Source: Candidatus Lokiarchaeum ossiferum (GTDB taxonomy: Archaea; Asgardarchaeota; Lokiarchaeia; Sigyniarchaeales; Promethearchaeaceae). Taken from it: a stretch of DNA of 32,000 nucleotides. The stretch lies in NCBI GenBank assembly GCA_025839675.1, contig CP104013.1, positions 1,620,001-1,652,000 on the forward strand, written 5' to 3'. Shown piece after piece: positions 25,586 to 32,000 of this stretch; the first letter of the stretch is position 1; each line of letters opens with the position of its first letter. Made by a program: the position numbers and the translations under genes. The notes under the pieces were generated by a model. That model did no database searches. It was not told where the DNA came from and saw only the letters and a list, made by a program, of their open reading frames with translations.

Positions 25586-26590
25586 ATGGAATTTTCTTCT
25601 GAAAAAATCACCCTTTTTCACAGCGAGATCACTACATTTAATTTTCTTGAACATCCTCATGGAGGATTTTTAATCAGTTATTTACCTGAAAACTCTTCCA
25701 ATATTGTTATGATGCAACAAGATCAAAGATATTCGGAATGGAGTCATGAAATCCCCCAAAATAAATCGAATTTTCAACAACTAACCGAAAAATGGAATAG
25801 GATTGAGGGTTTTTCATCTTGTTTTGATAATAAGGGAGATTTATTGAGATTTTTCAACGTAAAAACTAACGAGGGACAAGTAAAGTTATATTCCACAGCA
25901 TCTTATTCATATGGGAAACATTGGGATTCGCTTAAAGAGATGACGGATGAATTTCAATCTTGGAAAATTGTAACCCAACCACTCAAGATTAAAACGGGAA
26001 TTAATATAGGACAAATAGTATTATCTATTGAAGATCCTCGAGTTAATAGAGCGATGACTGTGTTTACAAAAGATAATGGAAGATCGTGGAATTTCTCGTT
26101 ATTTGTTGAACCTCCAGAAATTGAGGAAGAACCAGAAAATTTTCATAAAAATGGAACTTTATCACCAGTTACAATCGAACTTAAAAATAATCAACTCAAA
26201 ATGTATTGTAGAACACTTGATCCATCAAGACTCACAGAATCTATGTCATTTGACATGGGATCAACATGGACAACACTAGTTTCGACTTCAGTACCAGATT
26301 TTTCAAAAAAAGATGCCTTTACTGCTTATTGTGTACCGAATATCGAGGGGACTAAAAAAAACATTTTAATCTTAGGAGCAACAGGGCGAGAAAACCAACT
26401 AACACCTACTTTATGGTATTCAAAAGATGAGGGAAAAACTTTTGAAGTTGTTTGGAAATCCCATAGCTTAGAATCCAACCCGATAAAGCATAGTATTATT
26501 TATTTAGATAAAGAAAAAATTATACACTGGTTATTTGTAATTTCAGATAATATGATTTACCATTATTGGACATCTTTATCAAGTATTTGA
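25586..26590 (+). CDS. BNR/Asp-box repeat (sialidase-like beta-propeller) protein, apparently cytoplasmic
   Basis: I prefer ATG 25586 over the track TTG at 25538. The Asp-box-like motifs are TKDNGRSWN, SFDMGSTWT, SKDEGKTFE and SYSYGKHWD. No signal peptide is present. Confidence 0.7.
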   Translation: MEFSSEKITLFHSEITTFNFLEHPHGGFLISYLPENSSNIVMMQQDQRYSEWSHEIPQNKSNFQQLTEKWNRIEGFSSCFDNKGDLLRFFNVKTNEGQVKLYSTASYSYGKHWDSLKEMTDEFQSWKIVTQPLKIKTGINIGQIVLSIEDPRVNRAMTVFTKDNGRSWNFSLFVEPPEIEEEPENFHKNGTLSPVTIELKNNQLKMYCRTLDPSRLTESMSFDMGSTWTTLVSTSVPDFSKKDAFTAYCVPNIEGTKKNILILGATGRENQLTPTLWYSKDEGKTFEVVWKSHSLESNPIKHSIIYLDKEKIIHWLFVISDNMIYHYWTSLSSI

Positions 26591-26629
26591 TCATTTAATT
26601 CCCAACTCATTTAAAAGAGCGAAAAAATC

Positions 26630-27613
26630 ATGAAAAAAAAATATACTACAAAAATCTTAGGAGCAAAAGGATTACTGGACAAGGAGATAAAAGAATATTA
26701 TGGGAGACTTAAGGATCTACGAAGTTCAATTAATAGTGATTCACAATCAACCCAAGCTCAAGAAAATTTGTTTGAATTAACCGGAGGTTTGCGTTTTTTT
26801 TACCAAGAATGGATTTCAAATGTTAAACCCTATAATGTAACACCTAAGAAACTAATCTTTGTATTTCATGAGGCATACGGAAGCTCAGATATCTTCTTCC
26901 CCCTTGCGGATATTTTAGGAAAAGAAGGGTTTTTAATAATAGGATTAGATTATCGGGGTCATGGAAGAACGGGAGGACAAGCAGGAGGACATCTCGGAGA
27001 TATTGATAATTTCGATAATATTATCGATGATTATAGATCTTTAATTTCTTCCTATGAGGAAAAATATGATTTACCAATTATATTCATAGGATATGATATA
27101 GGTGCCCTAATTGCTTTGAAATTAGCAGCTAAACACCCTCCAAAAAACTTTGAAGGATTGATCTTTATTTCCCCCATCATTCAGTTAAAAGATCGGTTAA
27201 AACATGCTTTTCTATATCCAGCACTCACAATCGGAAAATTATTTTCAAAAGGAAATCCAGTACAACCAATTATTCCAGAAAAAATGGAAAAAACTTACTA
27301 TCGTGAATATCAAGAATATGCGCAAAACAATCCACTTCGGCTCAAAGAAATGTCTTTGAGAATGTTCAAAGCCATTCTTCAATTGATAAGACAGTCTAAA
27401 AGATTAAATAAAAAAATTAATTCTCCATGTATGATTTTGCAAGGTACGAAGGATACTTTGGTTGATGTGTTCGCAGTTCACAATTTTTATAATAATTGGT
27501 CGCATCCAAATAAAAAAATTAGATTATATGAAAATGCAGGCCATAATCTGCTAATGGATAAGTTTACCAATGAAATTTATGAAGAAATACGTTTATTTAT
27601 CAATTCAATCTAA
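26630..27613 (+). CDS. Alpha/beta hydrolase (lysophospholipase/monoglyceride-lipase-like) with Asp at the nucleophile elbow
   Basis: VFHEAYGSS...GLDYRGHGRTGG is typical of the Hydrolase_4 type. The nucleophile elbow reads G-Y-D-I-G (D156 codon at 27095-27097) instead of G-x-S-x-G. The C-terminal GHNLLMD supplies the His. Confidence 0.8.
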   Translation: MKKKYTTKILGAKGLLDKEIKEYYGRLKDLRSSINSDSQSTQAQENLFELTGGLRFFYQEWISNVKPYNVTPKKLIFVFHEAYGSSDIFFPLADILGKEGFLIIGLDYRGHGRTGGQAGGHLGDIDNFDNIIDDYRSLISSYEEKYDLPIIFIGYDIGALIALKLAAKHPPKNFEGLIFISPIIQLKDRLKHAFLYPALTIGKLFSKGNPVQPIIPEKMEKTYYREYQEYAQNNPLRLKEMSLRMFKAILQLIRQSKRLNKKINSPCMILQGTKDTLVDVFAVHNFYNNWSHPNKKIRLYENAGHNLLMDKFTNEIYEEIRLFINSI

Positions 27614-27681
27614 GGTGAAAAAAAATAACAGATTTTACAACAGAAAAGGAAGCTTTTGAGTATATCGAGCATGTCGGAATA

Positions 27682-28941
27682 ATGTGGAAATTCAAGTTTT
27701 ATGGGTTTTTTAAAAATCTCCAATTTTTTGAACCCTACTTACTTCTTATTTTCATTAATTGGGGATACTCTTTCTTCCAAATTGGTATTTTCGTGATGAT
27801 TCGCGAAATATTTACGTACTTGTTTGAAATCCCTTCAGGTATAATGGCGGACAAATATGGCAAAAAAAATGAACTCTTATTATGTTTTCTCTTCTATATC
27901 TTATCCTTCTTTCTATATTTCTTAGGACCGGGATGGTTTGCGGTCATTTTCGCATCAATTTTGTATGGTTTGGGGGAAGCTTTTCGATCGGGGACCCATA
28001 AAGCGATGGAATTGCAATGGATGGAAAAAAAGGGTTTGTTAAAATATAAGGCATATATTTATGGAAAGACTAGATCTTGGTCATTGTATGGCTCTACTTT
28101 AAATTCGGTACTCGCAATTGTCATAGTATTTTTTATTCCCGCAGAAAAATGGATCTTTTTGTTAGCAACAATTCCATTTATCTTGGATTTTCTTTTAATT
28201 AGTTCTTATCCCTCTTATATGAATATTAAATTAGAAAAATCCAAGTTAAAATGGCACCAACAGCTAAAACAAGATTTTCTGGATTTATTTACTGTATTCA
28301 AAAATCGAAGATTGCGTAAGGGAGTTTTCACTTCAGCGACCTTTGATTCAATTTTCAAATCCTTGAAGGATTATATTCAACCAATCATAAAAATTTTCAT
28401 AGTAGCGATATTAATCAATTATAGTTTAGATGAGACCCAGGAAGATTTCTATATTAAATTAATATTAGGTATCATTTATGCCATATTTTACCTCGTCTCA
28501 TCTTTTTCATCCAAAAATGCATATAATGTCATACAACGAATCAAAAATACTAAACGCACCATTGATCTTCTCTTTGATTTCTTTGCAATTTTACTTCTTT
28601 TAGAAGCAATTTTCATGTGGTTGAAAGTCCCGATATTGATCATTCTAATCTATATGGTAATTTATGGAGTATATAACCTACGTCGTCCTATGTTGGTTGG
28701 ATATATTGGAGAATTAGCCCCAAAAAATCAAAGAGCAACAGTTTTAAGTGTGGAATCTCAAATAAAATCCTTTTTAACATTTCTTTTAGCTCCGATCTTA
28801 GGGATCATTGTAGATTACACATCAATTCAAGTATTGTTTATTATTTTAGCAGCAGTGATAATTGGGGTTAATTTCTTGTTTTTGCGCGGAGAATGTTCCA
28901 CTCAAGAGATTAACTGTGATTCTGCTGATTCAATCAATTGA
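27682..28941 (+). CDS. Major facilitator superfamily transporter
   Basis: The ORF is 419 aa with about 12 hydrophobic segments. PSGIMADKYGKKN resembles MFS motif A. The start is ATG. Confidence 0.8.
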   Translation: MWKFKFYGFFKNLQFFEPYLLLIFINWGYSFFQIGIFVMIREIFTYLFEIPSGIMADKYGKKNELLLCFLFYILSFFLYFLGPGWFAVIFASILYGLGEAFRSGTHKAMELQWMEKKGLLKYKAYIYGKTRSWSLYGSTLNSVLAIVIVFFIPAEKWIFLLATIPFILDFLLISSYPSYMNIKLEKSKLKWHQQLKQDFLDLFTVFKNRRLRKGVFTSATFDSIFKSLKDYIQPIIKIFIVAILINYSLDETQEDFYIKLILGIIYAIFYLVSSFSSKNAYNVIQRIKNTKRTIDLLFDFFAILLLLEAIFMWLKVPILIILIYMVIYGVYNLRRPMLVGYIGELAPKNQRATVLSVESQIKSFLTFLLAPILGIIVDYTSIQVLFIILAAVIIGVNFLFLRGECSTQEINCDSADSIN

Positions 28942-29715
28942 AAGTAAATCTCCATCATGTGCTACAGAAATATTTGAAAATTTTTTTTTTGCTTCCTTTA
29001 GAAAACCTTCTTCTTCAATTTCTGTAAGATCTGGCAAATGGGTTAAAATTAATTGAGAGGCTTTTGAAATTGATGCGAGCATTGCCGCATCTTGGGGCGT
29101 ACTATGCATTAATTTATGAGCTAAAGATTTTTGAGAATCATCAAATGATGCTTCATGAATGATAACAGTACCTGCTGGAATAAAATTATGGAATTCTTTA
29201 TTTGGTGCAGAATCTCCAGAATAAAATAATCGACCATTAAATAGAAAAGAATAACATTTAGGGTGATGAATCGATTCTATCCAGTCAATGGAATACTTAT
29301 CGGTATTAAAATTAAGAGATAAAGGATTTTCATGAATATAAGGTAATTCAATGAGGCGAATTTGATAATTTACATTTTCAAATGGACAAAAAGTAACTTG
29401 AATAATTTGTTCAATAGCTGATTTATACCCTTCAGGTACATAAATTTTGGGAGACATCCGGATTTCCTTAAAATTTTTATTTTTTGTATAAAAAGCCCAC
29501 TTAAATAATAAAGAAATCAAACCAAGAATATGATCAGGATGAACATGGGAAACAAAAATTGCTTGAATTTGATCAAGAGGATAATCAAATTTAAAGAGAG
29601 ATTTTAAACAACCTTCACCACAGTCGATTAAAATTTTCCCATCTATTATTATTGATGGTAAATTTCTTGTTAGAGTTATTCCATATCCACTAGTACCCAG
29701 AAAGCGAAGTTTCAT
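28930..29715 (-). CDS. Metallo-beta-lactamase-fold hydrolase, RNase Z-like
   Basis: MKLRFLGTSG...RNLPSIII...LIDCGEG...AIFVSHVHPDHILGLISLL carries the HxHxDH motif and an RNase Z-type N-terminus. Its 3' end overlaps the MFS gene by 12 nt. Confidence 0.8.
   Translation of the reverse strand: MKLRFLGTSGYGITLTRNLPSIIIDGKILIDCGEGCLKSLFKFDYPLDQIQAIFVSHVHPDHILGLISLLFKWAFYTKNKNFKEIRMSPKIYVPEGYKSAIEQIIQVTFCPFENVNYQIRLIELPYIHENPLSLNFNTDKYSIDWIESIHHPKCYSFLFNGRLFYSGDSAPNKEFHNFIPAGTVIIHEASFDDSQKSLAHKLMHSTPQDAAMLASISKASQLILTHLPDLTEIEEEGFLKEAKKKFSNISVAHDGDLLSID
28981..28990 (+). terminator. Oligo-T tract (T10) 40 nt after the MFS stop, embedded in the 3' coding end of the convergent MBL gene
   Basis: The sequence AAAATTTTTTTTTTGC encodes Lys-Lys-Lys on the opposite strand. 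Confidence 0.35.
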
Positions 29716-29760
29716 ATTTTACAATCTCCAAGCGAGGAGCAAAAAAATTGAAAGGAATTT

Positions 29761-30525
29761 CTAAAAATTAAAGGAAGAACCTTCATAGGAAGTAATAATT
29801 TCTTTTATTCGGGCCAAGTATTGTCCAATATTTGATTTTTCATGTTCAGGAATTGATATGGCGAGAATTCGTTCAGAATCAAATTGTACAATTAGTATAT
29901 TTGCCCCTTTACCTTGTAAAATCGTATAATCCATGGGAGTTTTCATCATCACTTGTGTCAAATTACTTAAAGCGGAGACTTGAGATCCAACCATCGGTCC
30001 TTGAACTTTTCCATTATCGATTATTTTGATAGGTAACCCTTCTTTTGAAATTATTGCGAGAAATGTTGCGGAAGGAATCGCTCTCATTATTTTCACCATA
30101 GGATCTTCAGTAATATAATCACTCGTTTCAACAAAAGCAGCAATTTTAAGCAATAAATTATCAAGAACTTTTTGATATTTTATAATACCTTCTAATTCTG
30201 CGAGTTTTCGATTTAAAATTGCGGCAGCAGACACATCTTTAACAATAGCCATTAAAATAACATGATTTTCAACAGTTAAATAAGAAGAATTCAAATCATT
30301 TTTTGCAATATGAGCAAAGAGACCTTTAGAGATATATTGAAAACTTGTAGCCGAGGCAATCAACTCATTCTCATTAAAATCTGTTAGTTCAGGTTTGAAT
30401 TTAGTATAAATATTAGTAGCTATATCAGTTCCAACAGAAAATCCTTGAATTGCAACATTCTCCTTCATTGCCTCTTCGATTATTTTGGATATAGATTTAA
30501 TTAATTCCTCATCATTATTGCTCAT
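29761..30525 (-). CDS. Tandem roadblock/LC7 domain protein
   Basis: I prefer ATG 30523-30525 (MSNNDEELIK...) over the track TTG at 30648. The second half, IMRAIPSATFLAIISKEGLPIKI...GANILIVQFDSERILAISIP, parallels the single roadblock protein at 24467-24832. The first half has a similar but weaker pattern. Confidence 0.7.
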   Translation of the reverse strand: MSNNDEELIKSISKIIEEAMKENVAIQGFSVGTDIATNIYTKFKPELTDFNENELIASATSFQYISKGLFAHIAKNDLNSSYLTVENHVILMAIVKDVSAAAILNRKLAELEGIIKYQKVLDNLLLKIAAFVETSDYITEDPMVKIMRAIPSATFLAIISKEGLPIKIIDNGKVQGPMVGSQVSALSNLTQVMMKTPMDYTILQGKGANILIVQFDSERILAISIPEHEKSNIGQYLARIKEIITSYEGSSFNF

Positions 30526-30673
30526 AAATTTAAAAAAGCTTTCATACCCTAAAATGATTTCAGAAGAAAATTTAAAATTGCAAAAAAACGAAGATAAATT
30601 ACAAAGAACATTTTGGTGAAATTGTATCGACGACCAAGAAAAAATCAAAAATCTGGAAAAGACCCTTCAAGCT

Positions 30674-31183
30674 TTGAATGAAGAAATGAATTTTTTGAAA
30701 GCAGATCTTGATGATGCGGATGAAGAAGTAGAACGATTAGAGGAACGTTTGTTAGAATATGAAGCCAAGGATGGAATATTTCTATCCAAAGAGAAAGTGA
30801 TGATAAAAATAAAAAAAATGCTTTCCCAAAGCCTTCACAGCATTAATATAACCACTCCCTCTATAATGGATTTGGAGAAATTGGATTTATTTGAAGTTTC
30901 TTCATCCATCAGTATCAAAGCATCTTGTGAAGTCGATTTTTCCAATATCCAACACCAAGAAATTTTAGAAGATTTGGAAAACCTTGATAATATATCTATT
31001 CGATTATATTCAGATCAAGATCGATTCTGTGCATTAAGAGATGGGGAAGAATTACTTTTAGCTTCAGTTGGGGATGAATACGATCAACTTCTGTTTTTCC
31101 GCACAAGGGATGTGAAGCAAATTAAAATGTTTACTACTCTTGTAATGGAAGCGTGGGTAAAAGGGAAAAAAATCAATAAGTAA
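30674..31183 (+). CDS. Coiled-coil protein with a C-terminal alpha/beta domain (weak resemblance to TrmB C-terminal domains); 5' end uncertain
   Basis: The track start is TTG 30674, with ATG at 30683. The N-terminal heptad-like stretch is LKADLDDADEEVERLEERLLEYE. Coiled-coil-like coding continues upstream in the same frame to a TGA at 30617-30619 and beyond it to ATG 30554 (see findings). Confidence 0.6.
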   Translation: MNEEMNFLKADLDDADEEVERLEERLLEYEAKDGIFLSKEKVMIKIKKMLSQSLHSINITTPSIMDLEKLDLFEVSSSISIKASCEVDFSNIQHQEILEDLENLDNISIRLYSDQDRFCALRDGEELLLASVGDEYDQLLFFRTRDVKQIKMFTTLVMEAWVKGKKINK

Positions 31184-31187
31184 CAAA

Positions 31188-31793
31188 TTAAGAAATTTCT
31201 TTTTTTTTATGGAAAAGACGTTGAACTAATTTGGCTCGTTTTGTGTCAATATTAAAATCGATAAGATTCGCCTTTTTTAATTCATGGCAAGCACGTAAGA
31301 TCATGGCCCCTCCAATACCAGATGCAGATTTCAAATGATCTACAGTCATTTCTTCAGCATCCCCATGCAATAAATAAAGAACTTTGAAATGAGGTTGACT
31401 GGCATAAATTTCTTCGAATAAAGCTCTATAGATAGATAATGTTGCACGCATGTCGTCTAGAGAGATTTCTTCACTATCACTTGCGATTTTAGTAAATTTC
31501 TCCAATTCTTCTTTCACTTGGGCATATTCTAAAAGCAATTTATGTTGTTCATTGGTTAACCCAGATATTTCTTGTTCTTGTTTATTTGTTTTTTCCTGCA
31601 AAACACGTTTCTGGGATTCAAGATATTCTTTTTGAACTTCAAGTTCGATAAAATCATCGCGTGTTGCTGATATAATTCTATTTAATCCAGATAACAATCC
31701 AGTTATATTGGATTCCGCAGAATGTAAGATATCTAATGCAGCATCTAATTTTTCAATTCGATCTTCTTTTGGACTATCTAATGGTATTTCCAT
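31188..31793 (-). CDS. Coiled-coil protein with a C-terminal winged-helix DNA-binding-like domain
   Basis: The ORF is 201 aa. The central coiled coil is ELEVQKEYLESQKRVLQEKTNKQEQEISGLTNEQHKLLLEYAQVKEELEK. The C-terminal MTVDHLKSASGIGGAMILRACHELKKANLIDF looks like a wHTH. It converges on the previous gene with a 4-nt gap. Confidence 0.65.
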   Translation of the reverse strand: MEIPLDSPKEDRIEKLDAALDILHSAESNITGLLSGLNRIISATRDDFIELEVQKEYLESQKRVLQEKTNKQEQEISGLTNEQHKLLLEYAQVKEELEKFTKIASDSEEISLDDMRATLSIYRALFEEIYASQPHFKVLYLLHGDAEEMTVDHLKSASGIGGAMILRACHELKKANLIDFNIDTKRAKLVQRLFHKKKEIS

Positions 31794-31870
31794 CTTCTTA
31801 GATAATACTTCTCAATTAAAATATTTAAATTCTATCCAAATATGATGAAAGATTGACAAAAATGATGAAG

Positions 31871-32000
31871 TCAATTGCTAAAAAATTCGGAATATTTTTT
31901 ATTCTGAAATGATGTTGCAGGGCAACCAAGGCATGTACCATCTTTATACATCCCACAAAACAAACAATTCATCCCACAAGGAGTGTTTTTGTTTTCTTTC
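31871..32000 (-). CDS. Partial (3' end only) Cys-rich ORF running off the window edge, DUF3795-like pattern
   Basis: It is not in the track because it is under 60 aa. The minus-strand translation is ...KNTPCGMNCLFCGMYKDGTCLGCPATSFQNKKYSEFFSN, with the stop at 31871-31873. The CGxNCxxC...CxGC spacing is reminiscent of DUF3795 proteins. Confidence 0.35.
   Translation of the reverse strand, partial: KENKNTPCGMNCLFCGMYKDGTCLGCPATSFQNKKYSEFFSN

Noticed and set aside
30617-30619. The in-frame TGA might encode selenocysteine.
   Set aside because: Archaeal SECIS elements lie in the 3' UTR, but this gene ends 4 nt from a convergent CDS. There is no redox-type context beyond a nearby Cys, and I saw no GC-rich stem-loop. 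TGG-to-TGA mutation, a sequencing error or a downstream start are simpler explanations. The observation is kept as a finding, but without the Sec interpretation.
30526-30648. A TTG-initiated 41-codon N-terminal extension of the tandem-roadblock ORF (MIFSWSSIQFHQNVLCNLSSFFCNFKFSS...).
   Set aside because: Its composition is typical of the antisense of a coiled-coil-coding stretch. A clean ATG (30523-30525) begins the roadblock-like sequence, and the plus strand of the same region looks coding.
3102-31635. All other short track ORFs are nested in, or antisense to, longer CDSs. They are 3102-3302, 3805-4020, 4914-5126, 6971-7195, 7644-7841, 8313-8537, 9894-10133, 10805-10996, 10890-11168, 11991-12182, 12256-12438, 15005-15220, 15176-15448, 15495-15710, 16206-16490, 17224-17544, 18313-18498, 19269-19610, 21483-21683, 23443-23628, 24010-24285, 26076-26279, 28862-29056, 29832-30029 and 31450-31635.
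   Set aside because: Each overlaps a longer ORF that carries recognisable family motifs. None shows a motif of its own, and their compositions look like shadow frames in AT-rich DNA.
31842-31917. C/D-box sRNA-like elements: ATGATGA at 31842-31848 and 31862-31868, and CTGA at 31914-31917.
   Set aside because: The spacing does not fit the C-guide-D'-C'-guide-D architecture, because there is no CTGA about 12 nt after either C-like box. The segment overlaps the 3' end of a plausible minus-strand Cys-rich ORF. ATGATGA is also frequent by chance in this AT-rich sequence.
1-32000. I searched by eye for CRISPR arrays, tRNA/rRNA genes, IS elements, integrases and prophage genes.
   Set aside because: I saw no regularly spaced direct repeats, no GC-rich RNA-like islands, no transposase or integrase motifs (DDE, tyrosine recombinase RHRY context) and no terminal inverted repeats flanking any gene.

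Overview
This is about 32 kb of very AT-rich DNA (roughly 30% GC by eye, not computed) that reads as an archaeal chromosome segment. The archaeal call rests on a TFB/TFIIB homologue, an Lrp/AsnC regulator, a geranylgeranyl-reductase-family flavoprotein, GGAG-type Shine-Dalgarno motifs and oligo-T tracts after stop codons. Several roadblock/LC7 domains, a long eukaryote-like JAB/MPN+ protein and a eukaryote-type PPP phosphatase fold suggest an Asgard (Loki-like) origin, but that is inference only. I support 32 protein-coding regions, one of them a partial ORF at the right edge. I saw no rRNA, tRNA, CRISPR array, transposase or integrase. Most of the window is ordinary metabolism or hypothetical genes: a hotdog thioesterase, a radical SAM protein, two HAD hydrolases, an Ntn asparaginase, a DUF4139-like protein, thioredoxin, an MFS transporter, an alpha/beta hydrolase and an RNase Z-like MBL protein. 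The observations most worth a second look are: (1) an 852-aa protein built from five tandem copies of an unassigned CPxC-x9-HxC module plus a topoisomerase-type C4 zinc finger; (2) a tandem-roadblock gene flanked by two coiled-coil proteins, where one coiled-coil reading frame appears to run through an in-frame TGA; (3) a zinc-ribbon protein fused to a PPP phosphatase fold in which most catalytic motifs are substituted; (4) a thioredoxin with a Cys-Gly-rich tail next to a Cys-bearing Lrp/AsnC regulator; (5) two DNA methyltransferases with no nuclease partner, one with permuted motif order; (6) a 0.9-kb ORF-free region containing a perfect 20-bp palindrome. All family calls come from reading motifs by eye, with no database searches.
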